A stretch of DNA of 64,000 nucleotides from an uncultured Gemmatimonadales bacterium (lineage in GTDB: Bacteria; Gemmatimonadota; Gemmatimonadetes; Gemmatimonadales; GWC2-71-9). Where the stretch lies: the NCBI GenBank assembly GCA_963695185.1, contig CAVOGH010000002.1, positions 125,684 to 189,683 on the forward strand, given 5' to 3'. Positions 9,850 to 19,904 of this stretch are shown here, in pieces. The notes under the pieces were generated by a model. The model searched no databases and had not been told where the DNA came from. It saw only the letters and a list, made by a program, of their open reading frames with translations. The position numbers and the translations under genes were made by a program. The stretch's first letter is position 1. Each line of letters opens with the position of its first letter.

Positions 9850-10496
9850 TCAATCGGCTCGCGGGAGCGCCCGGAAGACCGGCACCTCGAATTGGGCCTT
9901 GAAGTCGACGCCCGGAAGGGCAGCCGCCACCTCGAGGCGCCAGATCACCTTGTCCGTCGAGTCGCGCTCGTCGGTCTCGCGTGCATCGGGGGGAAGCGGC
10001 ACCGCCACCGGGATGGCGATGCCATCGGCCCGCCGGGCGGCACCCGGCATCACTTCTTCATGTTCCCAGAGCGTCGTCTCATCGGTGCGGCGGTTCTTGC
10101 CCGACCCGGTCTGCTGCTGACGCAGGCACTGCAGCCGCACCCGAAAGCCTCCCTCGGGATCGATCGTCGCCCGGGTGCGCACCAGCCCGGCGAACGTCTC
10201 CCCGGGAACGCCCGGCAGCGTGGCCAGCTCCAGGACCGGGATCCCGAACCGCCGCCGCCGCAGCAGCATGTAGACGCCCACCCCCACCAGCAGCATGCCC
10301 ACCAGCGGGAACAGAAGCACGAAGAAGAACTCGCCCAGGCCGCCCGGTTGTCTCAGGATCGTCGCGGCGATGACGCCACTGATCAGGGTCCACACGAGGG
10401 CAAAGGCCAGGAAGCATCCCGCCATCTTGGCGCCTTCGTCCCGGATGCGCCGCTGGGCCCACTCCTCGCGGGCCAGCCATGGTGCTCCTCCCTCAT
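9850..10496 (-). CDS. Membrane protein with 2 TM and a C-terminal beta-rich domain (resembles the C-terminal part of DUF3592-containing proteins); start uncertain
   Basis: PWLAREEWA.RRI, two TM helices, WRLEVAA.LPGVDF.AQFEVPVF; the ATG at 10496 overlapping the upstream stop needs a 1-nt shift. Confidence 0.6.
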
Positions 10497-11372
10497 ACCG
10501 GTCCTCCGTGGCTGGATGCGCCGGCCACCACCGGTTTGCCGGCACCGGCCCATTCGGTCCACGACCCGTCGAACAACGCGTAGTCCCGATAGCCGAGCAG
10601 CTCCAGCGCAAGCAGCAGAGTGCAGGCGGAGACACCCGAACCGCAGGTGGCGATCGACCGGCCGGTCCGGCAGGACCCCCGCCGCGGCCAGCCGGGCCCG
10701 GAGCGCGTCAGGCGACAGCATGGACCCATCGCTGCCGACCAGCTCGGCATACGGCAGGTTGAGCGCGCCTGACATATGACCGCTGGGGACGCCCATCCTC
10801 GGTTCCAGCTCCACCCCGGCGAACCGCCCCGCCGAGCGCATGTCCACCACCTGCGCGGTACCGTGGGCCAGCGCCGCATCGACCTGGGCCAAGTCACGCA
10901 CCGCGCCGGGGGAGAAGCGGGCGTGGAATCGTCCCGGGGTGGAAGCCACCACGCCGGTCTCCAGCGGTCGGCCGTCCCGCTGCCAGCGCTGCACGCCGCC
11001 GTCGAGCACCGCCACGGCCCCATGTCCATGGACCCGGAACATCCACCAGGCTCGCGCCGCGCTCAGATTAGCCCCGGACCCGTCGTAGACCACGATGGTG
11101 CTGTCGTCGCTGATGCCCAGCCGGCGAGCCAGCGCCTCGAACCGGTCGGGGGTTGGCAGCATGTGGGGGAGGGATGAGCCGGGATCACTGGCTTCATCCA
11201 GGTCGAAGTAGCGGGCGCCTGGGAGATGCCCCGTGAGATGCTCCTGACGGGCCTCCCGTCCGGTCGTCGGCAGGTACCAGGAGGCGTCCAGCACGACCAG
11301 TCCCGGCCGGCCGATGCGTTCCGCCAACCAGCCCGTGGTGACGAGCGGAGGGATCGTGTTCGGCGAGTTCAC
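10493..11372 (-). CDS. sseA: 3-mercaptopyruvate/thiosulfate sulfurtransferase (tandem rhodanese); frameshift near 10655
   Basis: LVTTGWL, VLDASWYLP, GHLPGA, AARAWWMF, VLDGG, active site TCGSGVSAC, FDGSWTEW. Confidence 0.88.
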
Positions 11373-11469
11373 CGCGGGAAGGTACATCCAGGGAGGGAGC
11401 AACGGCGAGCGAGGACGCGGCCGGCGCACCGCCTCGTGACCGCGGGGTCGAGACCGGAGCCCGAAGAAT

Positions 11470-12080
11470 CTACGGCTCGGTCGCTGGCGGCTGCCGCACC
11501 GCGGCCACGGTCACGTCAATCGTGACCACGTCGGCCAGCACCAGCCCGCCGCCCTCCGCCGCCCGGTTCCAGGTGAGGCCGTAGTCCAAGCGGTTCACCG
11601 TTCCCGACACGGTGAACCCGATCCGGTCCCGGCCCTGGGCGCCGGCCGCCATGCCCAGAAAGCTGCCGGTGAGCACCACCCGCCGGGTGACGTCGCGGAT
11701 GGTGAGATCGCCGGTAAGAGTCACTTCCTCCCCCCGCACCACGACCGAGGTACTCCGAAAGGTCATGAGTGGGTACTTCTCCGTCTCGAAGAAATCGGAC
11801 GAGCGGAGGTGGGTGTCGCGGCGTTCGTTGTTGGTGTCGATGCTCGCGGTCCGGACGTTCACCGCCACCGAGCCGGCATTCCAGTTGCCCGGCTCCGCCG
11901 TGATGGTAGCGTCCCAGTCGGTGAAGGTCCCGGTGACCCGACTGACCAGGTGGCGGACGCGGAAGAGCAGTTCGGAGTGGGTCTTGTCAACCGCCCAGGC
12001 GACCGGCGCAGTGTATCCCGGGCTGGGACGGCGGGTGCCGGAGCGGCAGTCAGGGTCAGCAGGACGAGCAGCGAAAGCAT
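11470..12080 (-). CDS. YceI family lipid/polyisoprenoid-binding protein; frameshift near 12015
   Basis: Signal peptide from ATG 12080 (GGAG RBS), then WAVDKTHSELLFRVRHL, SIDTNNERRDTHLRSSDFF, GDLTIRDVT, NRLDYGLTWN. Confidence 0.88.
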
Positions 12081-12181
12081 GGACAACTCCCGGCGATCAG
12101 GCGGTCGATGAACGACGCCAATGATAACCGGAAAGTGTCAGGAGTTCACTCACCGTAAATGCCCTGCCGCGCCGCAACCGG

Positions 12182-12856
12182 TCAGGAGTGGTCCTCCGCC
12201 AGCCTGCCGAGCGCCCACGCCGCGGTGCGCCGCACAGCCGGTTGCCCGTGCCGGAGCAGCGGAACCAGGAGGCTGGTGGCGGACTGGTCTCCCATCACAC
12301 CGAGACCCCAGATGGCCAGACGCACCACGTTCGGGTCCTGATCGGCAAGCAGGGCCCGCAGGCGGGGCGCATCGGCGCTGTCGCCGGCAACCCCAAGTCC
12401 GAAAGTCCCTGCCTCACGCAGCCGGGTATCCCTGCTGCCCGCTGCCGAGCGCAGCAGCCCGAGCGCCGCCGGCTTGCCGCTCTCCCCCAGGAGCGCCGCC
12501 GCCGTGCGCCGGACGCAGGCGCTCTCGCTGCCAAGCTCGGGGCCCAGCAGCCGCAGGGCGGCGGCGTCGGTAATCCCCTCGCCGAGCACCCGCCGGACCG
12601 AGCGGGCGTCGGCCGGTTCGTCATGCAGCGAGGCCATGCCCTCCCACCCCGTACTCCAGTGGACCCCGGTACCGACGAGCTCCGTGGCCAGCGCGCACAC
12701 CAGCGGATCGCTCGCTCTCAACGCCCCCAGGAGCCGCACCACCTGAGCCGAGTCGGGACCGGCGTCGGACTCGGGCGCCGGCTCCATCCTCCCGCCCGGC
12801 GCCGGCGCTGCCAGCGTGAGGCTGGCCGCGAGGAACAGCAGACCGCGGGCGATCAC
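12182..12856 (-). CDS. Secreted HEAT-repeat protein
   Basis: Signal peptide; repeated VRR.AA.ALG units; GTGA overlap with the upstream gene. Confidence 0.8.
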   Translation of the reverse strand: MIARGLLFLAASLTLAAPAPGGRMEPAPESDAGPDSAQVVRLLGALRASDPLVCALATELVGTGVHWSTGWEGMASLHDEPADARSVRRVLGEGITDAAALRLLGPELGSESACVRRTAAALLGESGKPAALGLLRSAAGSRDTRLREAGTFGLGVAGDSADAPRLRALLADQDPNVVRLAIWGLGVMGDQSATSLLVPLLRHGQPAVRRTAAWALGRLAEDHS

Positions 12857-15073
12857 CGCTCGCCCTCACGCTGACCCAGCGCCTGGGCGGCGGTTCGGCG
12901 CACCACCGGGTCCGGCGACTGGAGCGCCCCCACCAGCGCCTCCAGCGCGGACCGGTCGCGAACTTCGCTGAGGGCGTACACCGCCTGCTCCCGCACATCG
13001 GCGTTGCCGTCCTGCAGCAGCTCCTTGAGCGTCGGGACTGACTTCGGATCCCCGATGCGTGCCAGCGCCTGAGCCACCTGTTGCCGCACTTCGGCGTTCT
13101 TGTCGCGTGCCAGCGGCAGCAGGGCGGCGGGGGCCACGTTGAGTCCCGCTTCTCCCAGCGCCATCACCGCCTGGCTCCGCACCTCCGGGTTCGCGTCGGC
13201 CAGCATCCGGGTGAAGGCTGCGATCAGGCGCGGTTCGGCCTTGCGGTGGCCCTCTTCGTCCTCCGACATCCGGCTGAGGGCGAGCACCAGCGCCGCCTGA
13301 CGCACTTCCGCATCGGCATCTCCCAGCGCCGCCAGCACTGCATCGCTGGAGATCTCTCCCGGGAGGTTGTGCAGCGCCCAGAGAGCGGCGCGGCGCACCT
13401 TCACCGAGTTGTCCTTGAGCAGCGCCGTCACCGGGACGGCCGCCCGCGGGTCCTCCAGCTGGCCCAGCGCCATCGCCGCACCCGACCGCACCTCGGCATC
13501 GCTGTCCTTGAGCGCCTCGATCAGCGCCGGTACGGCACGCCGGTCCTCATGGTTGCTCAGCGACTGCACCGCGGCACGGCGAACCTCGACATCCGAATCC
13601 TTGAGCGCCGCCATCAGGGCCGGCACCGCGATGCTGGTGGTGTCCCCCTGCCGCCCGCTGACCCGCCAGGTGGCGCCGAGGGCCCGCGGCGCGTCCGCCA
13701 GCCAGGCCCCCGACGGCGCAATCGGCGGCATCGGCGGCATCGGAGCGGTGGCCGTCAGCCCACCACCCCAGTGTCGCATGTCGCGCTCGGCGGCCAACCG
13801 CGCCGTCGCGTGAGACGACGCGCCACCACGTCATCAGTGTCCGCCGGCGTCCCCTGCGATCTCGCCCCCGGCGAAGGACTCGAGGGCGGCGGCGGGATCG
13901 CCGGCGCCGTCCACGGCACGCGGCCAGGACTGTTCGGTTTCGGCCGGCGGGGCCTTCGGGATCTTGTCGGAGGCTGGAGTCTGGGAACCGGTGCTGATGC
14001 CCGGCGCGGCGACGGCGGTCAGCGCCACCAGGGTGACGGCGCCGGTGAGGAGCCAGAGCGATCGTGGAGCGGACATGGCGCGACCCTCAATAAGACGGTG
14101 AACCCGCGTGACCAGCTGTGAACGGCGCTCCGTCATGCCGGCCAGCGGCACGGTGGCGGGGCCGGTATCCACCCATTCAGCGACCTTGACCAGACAGCTC
14201 GCCAGCGAGAACCCCGAACCGGTGCGATGGACCGCCCAGTCGTCGCAGAGGTATTCCGCCGCCTCCTGCAGACGCACCCGGGCCAGGTGGTTGAGCGGCT
14301 GCAGGAAGAAGAGCCGCTCCAGCACGCACCCCAGCGTGAGCCAGGCCGGATCGTGCCGCGTCAGGTGCGCCAGTTCATGCGCCAGCAGACTGCGCTGCTG
14401 CTCGGTGTCCAGTTCGGTGAGCGCCGCCTCGGGGAGCACGATCTCGTCCCACCCGAGCGCGACCGGACTCGACAGTCCGCGCGCCGCCGTCAGCCGGACC
14501 GGCCGGTGCACGCCACCGCCTTCCCGGAGCAACTCCAGCATGGTGAGAAGTCGCGGCTCCTCCACCGGGCGGCGGGGGCCGATCCGGCGCATGGCGAGGG
14601 CGCGCCGAATCAGGAAGAGGGTGGTCAACAGCAAGGCGATGCCGACATACCCGCGCAGCAGTACAGTCGGCAATGAGGCAGCGCCAGCCGCGGGCCCAGC
14701 CGCGACCGCCTCCGGCAACGCCACTGCCGACGGAGATGCCGCCGCCGGGGTCCGCTCCAGCGCGCCGAGCAGGCCAGGGGTTTCCCCTGCGGCGCCGGCG
14801 GGACGGAAGCTGCCGAGGCGGAAGCTGGGTGGATGGCGCCGTGCCCAAACCCAGGTCAACGGTGCCACCGAGCCGGGGACCGCCCAGGGTACTCTGCAGC
14901 GACGCCGAGAAGCAGGCCGCCCACCAGCGCCACCTTCCAGGCCAGGTCGCGAGCGGCGGCCGAGTGGACCAGCCGCCGGGTCGCCAGCCAGGCACCGCCC
15001 TAAGCAGCAGCGTGCTGTGGAGCAGGTAGGTAAGCAGCCAGCCGCCCACCATCGGGCCGAGATCAGCGCGCAT
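12853..15073 (-). CDS. BlaR1/M56 family metallopeptidase fused to C-terminal HEAT repeats; several frameshifts
   Basis: N-terminal WLLTYLLHSTLLL, LAHELAHL.R.D, E.LCDDWAV, QL..RV..LI, a TM helix, then about 8 D.D.EVR..A..AL repeats; the frames join at about 15000-14880 and 13830. Confidence 0.75.
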
Positions 15074-15464
15074 GGGGTTCGTCCTCCGTGGAGTCGGCGT
15101 GCTGTTCGAGCAGCGCCTTGAGACGGTCCAGATCGCCGGGGGAGACCTCCCGGGCGCTCAGCAGGTGCGACATGAGCGCGGTGACGTCGCCTGCGAAAAG
15201 CTGCTCGGTGAGTTCCTCGACCATCGAGCGCCGGACCTCCGATTCGGTGACCAGGGCGCGGTAGTGGTACTGCCGACTCCGCGTCTCGTGATCCACGATG
15301 CCGCGCTTCTCCAGCCGGGAGAGCAACGTCGCCACCGTGGTCAGTGCCAGGGTCCGCTCAGGCCGGAGGGCCTCGGAGATCTCTGACACCGTGGCCTCAC
15401 CCCGGTCCCAGAGGACCCGGAGGAGGGCGACTTGCAGTTCGGTCAGCTGATGGGTCTCAGGCAC
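15063..15464 (-). CDS. BlaI/MecI/CopY family repressor
   Basis: LTELQ..LLRVLWDRGEATV, LALTTVATLLSRLEKRG, LFAGD..ALMSHLL. Confidence 0.93.
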   Translation of the reverse strand: MPETHQLTELQVALLRVLWDRGEATVSEISEALRPERTLALTTVATLLSRLEKRGIVDHETRSRQYHYRALVTESEVRRSMVEELTEQLFAGDVTALMSHLLSAREVSPGDLDRLKALLEQHADSTEDEPHAR

Positions 15465-15508
15465 GCTGCGCTCCCAGGAAAACGTGAACGGGACTGCGCC
15501 GGATAAAC

Positions 15509-15545
15509 TACACCTGTAATATTACGCTCGTAGTGCTTCCGTCAA
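15509..15545 (-). promoter_or_regulatory. BlaI/CopY-type operator pair overlapping a sigma70-like promoter
   Basis: TACA-CC-TGTA at 15509-15518 and TACG-CT-CGTA at 15523-15532; minus-strand TTGACG at 15540-15545. Confidence 0.75.
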
Positions 15546-15723
15546 GACGCCCCCCGCCGGCACAGGGTTTCAGTCTGCGCCCGGCAGCCTGGAAACCGGA
15601 GCTGCCTGGGGGGCGTACAGCCGCCCCAATCCTGCCCCCGCCCTTTCATTAGCAACACCGGTCACGATTCCGTGGGCAACGGCGGCATTCCGGCACCGGA
15701 CCCATCCAAGCGGAGATGCACCG

Positions 15724-17025
15724 ATGCGCCTGCTCGTGGTGCTCGCCATCCTGGTTGCGCCCCACCTGTCAGCCCAGCACCCGGCCCGCAGTTCCGACTG
15801 GCTGGGCCGGCTTCCTGACGGCGAGGGGAAGCGCCGGTTCATCCTCGACTGTACCGGCTGCCACCAGTTCGATTCCGTGGTCGTGTTGCCGGAGGGCCGG
15901 CCGCGCACCGAGGCGGAGTGGGTGGAGGCGGTGGAGCGGATGCTGGGATTCGCCGGGGCGACCTCGGCCTTTCCGGTGATCTCCTCGGCGCGGGACCCGG
16001 CCGCCACCGCCCGCTACCTGGTCCAGACGCTGGGGGAGGGTTCACCGGCCGGTTCGATCCACCCTGAGCCACGGGCGCAGATCACCGAGTACGAGATGCC
16101 GATGCCGGGGGATCTGCCCCACGATCTGGCGGTCGACTCGAGCGGACAGGTGATCATCACCGGCATGTTCAGCCACCGGATGTACCGACTCAACCCGTCC
16201 ATCGGGACGATGGCCGAAGTGCAGATCCCGGTGGCGCAGGCCAATCCGCGGGCGGTGGAGCTCGGCCCGGGGGGAGACTGGTTCGTGCTGTTAGGTGGTC
16301 CCCGCCAGCTGGCCCGGTACTCCATCGGCTCCCGGCGCTGGAGCGCGTGGCCGCTGGCCATGTACCCACACAGTCTGGCGATCGGGCACGACGGCCGGAT
16401 CTGGTTCAACGGCCATTTCACCCGCGACCCGGAGCTGATTGGCAGCATCCTGCCCTCCACCGGCCGGGGGGAGACAGCGGTGGTTCCGCAGCACCCATCG
16501 CTGGGGACGGTGCCCGGCGGACCAATCCCCTATGAACTGCGGCTGGCACCGGACGGCTCGGTGTGGGGATCGGAGCTGGCTGGCAACCGGATCTTCTCTT
16601 ATCAACCCGGCGGCCGCCGCTTCTCCACGTGGACCCTGCCCACGCCGGTGAGCGGCCCGCGGCGATTCGACATTGACCAGCGAGGCGTGCTGTGGATTCC
16701 GGCCTATGCCGCCGGACTGCTGGTCAAGTTCGAGCCGGCCACCGGACGCTTCACCGAGATCGCGTTGCCGGTTGCCGACGCGCTGCCGTACGTGGTTCGG
16801 GTGGACCACGGCCGCGACGTGCTCTGGATCGGCACCGCGGCAGCAGATGTCGTGCTCCGTTTCGATATCCGGACCAACCACTTCACCGTGTTTCCGTTGC
16901 CCAGCCGCGGGGCGCTCATCCGCCATCTGGCGGTGGATCCCCGCAGCCACGATGTCTGGCTGGCCTACGGCGCCTCCCCGGGGAGGATCGCGGCCCGGGT
17001 GGCCCGCCTGCGCGAGAGGCCCTGA
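15724..17025 (+). CDS. Exported monoheme cytochrome c fused to a Vgb (virginiamycin B lyase)-like beta-propeller
   Basis: Signal peptide, CTGCH, W...VERM (candidate distal Met), repeated P..L.....G.IW blade motifs. Confidence 0.78.
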   Translation: MRLLVVLAILVAPHLSAQHPARSSDWLGRLPDGEGKRRFILDCTGCHQFDSVVVLPEGRPRTEAEWVEAVERMLGFAGATSAFPVISSARDPAATARYLVQTLGEGSPAGSIHPEPRAQITEYEMPMPGDLPHDLAVDSSGQVIITGMFSHRMYRLNPSIGTMAEVQIPVAQANPRAVELGPGGDWFVLLGGPRQLARYSIGSRRWSAWPLAMYPHSLAIGHDGRIWFNGHFTRDPELIGSILPSTGRGETAVVPQHPSLGTVPGGPIPYELRLAPDGSVWGSELAGNRIFSYQPGGRRFSTWTLPTPVSGPRRFDIDQRGVLWIPAYAAGLLVKFEPATGRFTEIALPVADALPYVVRVDHGRDVLWIGTAAADVVLRFDIRTNHFTVFPLPSRGALIRHLAVDPRSHDVWLAYGASPGRIAARVARLRERP

Positions 17026-17042
17026 TCCGGCCATATTCCGGC

Positions 17043-17531
17043 ATGGCCACCAACAACATGGATGCTCCAGGGCGCCGGCTGGCCGGGCTGTGGCAGCGTC
17101 TGGCGCCCTGGCCGGGCGGGTCCTGGGTCTTCAGCCGGCTGCTCGGCTTCATGGTTCCCTATACCGGCTCCATCGGCGCGCACGTACGAGCGCTGGAGCC
17201 GGGGTACGCGGTGGTGACACTTCGGGACCGGAGGGCCGTGCGCAACCACCTCCGGTCGGTGCACGCAATTGCCCTCGTCAACCTGGCGGAGGTCACCAGC
17301 GGCCTCGCCATGCTGGTGGGCCTGCCCATCGGGGTCCGGGGAATCGTCACCGGACTCTCCATCGAATACCGCAAGAAGGCCCGGGGAACCCTCACCGCCT
17401 CCTGCCGGACAATCATCCCCGAGGTGGAGGGCCGGGTCGAGTCGGAGGTCATCGCCGAGATCCGTGACCCGGCCAGCGAAGTGGTGGCGGTGGCCACCGT
17501 GCGCTGGCGCCTGGAAGCGGGCCAGCGATGA
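17043..17531 (+). CDS. Hotdog-fold/PaaI-like thioesterase (DUF4442-like)
   Basis: PYTGSIG, VRNHLRSVHAIAL.NLAE.TSG, IEYRKKARG. Confidence 0.85.
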   Translation: MATNNMDAPGRRLAGLWQRLAPWPGGSWVFSRLLGFMVPYTGSIGAHVRALEPGYAVVTLRDRRAVRNHLRSVHAIALVNLAEVTSGLAMLVGLPIGVRGIVTGLSIEYRKKARGTLTASCRTIIPEVEGRVESEVIAEIRDPASEVVAVATVRWRLEAGQR

Positions 17532-18523
17532 GTCAGGCATCCCTCCAGGAAACCGCTCTCACCCGCCACGCACACATCGAAGTCCCGCTCATCTGTGGCG
17601 CGATGTACCCCTGCAGCAATCCCGAGCTGGTCGCGGCGGTGTCGGATGCCGGCGCGATTGGTATCGTGCAGCCGATCTCGCTCACCTATGTGCACGGCCA
17701 CGACTTCCGGGAGGGGCTCCGGCTCATCCGCCGGCTCACGCCCCGCCCCATCGGGATGAACGCGCTGATCGAGCAGTCATCCCGTACCTATCACCAGCGG
17801 ATGGTGCGCTGGGTCGAGATCTCGCTTGAGGAGGGCGTGCGGTTCTTCATCACCTCGCTCGGGAACCCGCGCTGGGTGGTGGACCGGGTCGCCCCGATGG
17901 GCGGGATCGTCTATCACGACGTCACCGAGCGGAAGTGGGCGGAGAAGAGCCTGCAGGGGGGGGTGCACGGGCTGATCGCGGTCAACCGCCGTGCGGGTGG
18001 GCACGCCGGCTCTCGGAGCGCCGAGGAGCTGATGCAGGAGCTGGGCGGGCTGGGGGTGCCGGTGGTGGCCGCCGGTGGCATCGGGGACGCGGCCGAGTTC
18101 GCCGCGGTGCTCCGGATGGGATACGCCGGCGCCCAGCTGGGCACGCGGTTCATCGCCACGACCGAATGCCGGACCAGCGAGTCCTACAAGCAGGCGATCG
18201 TCACCTCCGGGGAAGCGGATATCGTCCTGACCGAGCGCATCACCGGCGTCCCCGTGGCGGTGATCCGCACCCCGTACATCGAGCGGATGGGGCTCCGGGC
18301 CGGCCCGGTGGCGCGCTGGATGTTGCGGCACCGGCGCACCAAGCACTGGATGCGCACCATTTACGGCCTGCGCTCACTGTGGCAGCTCAAGCGCGGGCTG
18401 CTGCGGGAGTCCGAGGGCAACGGACGCGCCGACTACTGGCAGGCGGGCAAGAGCGTCGCCACCATCCACCGCATCGAGCCGGCGGGAGAGATCGTCCGGC
18501 GCTTCCGGGCCGCGCTGGCCTAA
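17528..18523 (+). CDS. Nitronate monooxygenase / FabK-like flavin oxidoreductase
   Basis: PLICGAM, SNPELVAAVS.AG, AGGHAG, PVVAAGGIGD, GAQLGTRFIAT.E. Confidence 0.9.
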   Translation: MSQASLQETALTRHAHIEVPLICGAMYPCSNPELVAAVSDAGAIGIVQPISLTYVHGHDFREGLRLIRRLTPRPIGMNALIEQSSRTYHQRMVRWVEISLEEGVRFFITSLGNPRWVVDRVAPMGGIVYHDVTERKWAEKSLQGGVHGLIAVNRRAGGHAGSRSAEELMQELGGLGVPVVAAGGIGDAAEFAAVLRMGYAGAQLGTRFIATTECRTSESYKQAIVTSGEADIVLTERITGVPVAVIRTPYIERMGLRAGPVARWMLRHRRTKHWMRTIYGLRSLWQLKRGLLRESEGNGRADYWQAGKSVATIHRIEPAGEIVRRFRAALA

Positions 18524-18530
18524 ACTCCCG

Positions 18531-19682
18531 CTACGCCGACAGGGGGCGCCCCACCACCGATTCCCACCCTGCCGGATCGGTGGCCCCCTCGGTGGAGAGC
18601 AGCAGCACCCGGGCACCATCAAGATCCAGGCGGTCCCGGGCCCGCGACCGACTTTCGCCCTCGCACAACTCCAGCAACCCCGCCAGTCCCGCCGCACCCG
18701 ACTCGCCCGAGATCACCCCCTCGGCCGCCAGCAACCCCATGGCCACGCGCGCCGTCTCGTCCTCCACGGCCACGAAGGCATCGATCCCGTCGCGCATCGC
18801 CGGCCAGGCAGCCGAGGAGGGGGCGCCGCAGTTGAGGCCGGCCATGATGGAGGCATCAGCGCCGACCTGCAACAGCACCGGCGATCCGGCCTCGATGGAA
18901 CGGAGGGCGCAGGCGGCCCCCGTCGGCTCGACCCCCACCAGCCGGGGCCGGGGCTCGAGTCCGGTCCGCCGGTAGTGGTACACCACCGCGCTCGCGAGCG
19001 TGCCCACACCGATCTGAACCAGCACCACCTCCGGAGCCGCCTCGTTCAGGGCAGCGACCTGGTCGTCTATCTCCTGAAAGATCGTGGCATACCCTTCCGC
19101 GACCAGCGCCGGCACCCGCTCGTATCCTGGCCAGCCGTGGTCCTGCAGGAGGAGGACATCGGCACCGTCCGCCCGGGCGGCGCGCGCCACCGTCTCGTCG
19201 TATGTCCCCGGCACCTCGATCACCCGGGCCCCCTCCGATTCGATCCCTTCGATTCGTGGAGCCTTGGTTCCGGCGGGCACGTAGATCTCCGCCTCGAAAC
19301 CCAGCCATCTCGCCACCCGTGCCACGCCCCGGCCGTGGTTGCCATCGGTTGCGGAAACCAGGGTGAGTCGTGGGAGACCGGTCAGTCGCCCGCGCAGCTC
19401 GGCGATGTCCCGCCAGCCCCGGAGCGCCGGATGCCGCTCCTCCAGCAGCCGGATCGTGGCCCAGCTCGCGCCAAGAACCTTGTAGGCTGGGAGTCCCAGC
19501 CGGGATGATTCGTCCTTCAGATGGAGACTCCGCAGGCCGAACCGCCGGGCCAGGGCCGGCAGCGGAATCAGGGGGGTAGGCGCGTACCCCGGCAGACGCC
19601 GGTGGACCCCGAGCGGTGCAGCCGCAGGCGGACCCGTCCGATAATCGGGTTGAACGTGGGAATTGGAGAGGAAAACCGGCAT
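18531..19682 (-). CDS. dpaL: Diaminopropionate ammonia-lyase (PLP fold II)
   Basis: YAPTPL, LKDESSRLGLPAYKVLGASWA, ATDGNHGRGVA, SIMAGLNCG, GESGAAG, STEGATDP. Confidence 0.88.
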   Translation of the reverse strand: MPVFLSNSHVQPDYRTGPPAAAPLGVHRRLPGYAPTPLIPLPALARRFGLRSLHLKDESSRLGLPAYKVLGASWATIRLLEERHPALRGWRDIAELRGRLTGLPRLTLVSATDGNHGRGVARVARWLGFEAEIYVPAGTKAPRIEGIESEGARVIEVPGTYDETVARAARADGADVLLLQDHGWPGYERVPALVAEGYATIFQEIDDQVAALNEAAPEVVLVQIGVGTLASAVVYHYRRTGLEPRPRLVGVEPTGAACALRSIEAGSPVLLQVGADASIMAGLNCGAPSSAAWPAMRDGIDAFVAVEDETARVAMGLLAAEGVISGESGAAGLAGLLELCEGESRSRARDRLDLDGARVLLLSTEGATDPAGWESVVGRPLSA

Positions 19683-19801
19683 GGGCTCAACCTCCGGCAG
19701 CCACGGCAGTTGGGTCAGTCCCCGGATGAAGCTGGCAGAACCCGGCCGCAGCGGGAGAATGCGCGAGGAGGCCGTGGTTGACCGCCGCTACAGCAACACC
19801 G

Positions 19802-19848
19802 TAACTCATTATCGCTTCAGTAGATGAAGAATAGGCCCGAGTGTTGCA
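19802..19848 (+). promoter_or_regulatory. Putative sigma54 (-24/-12) promoter with an upstream IHF-like AT-rich site
   Basis: AGGCCCG-AGTG-TTGCA at 19833-19848 (GG-N10-GC); TAACTCATTATC at 19802-19813. Confidence 0.55.
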
Positions 19849-19904
19849 CTCGTGTTTAGGGTCGAAGGACGATCAGGCCACACCCCGGGAATGAGGCGCG
19901 CCCA

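Noticed and set aside
12853-17025. Antibiotic-resistance island (BlaI/BlaR plus Vgb)
   Set aside because: No beta-lactamase or penicillin-binding sensor domain; the Vgb-like protein is a heme c fusion with only fold-level similarity
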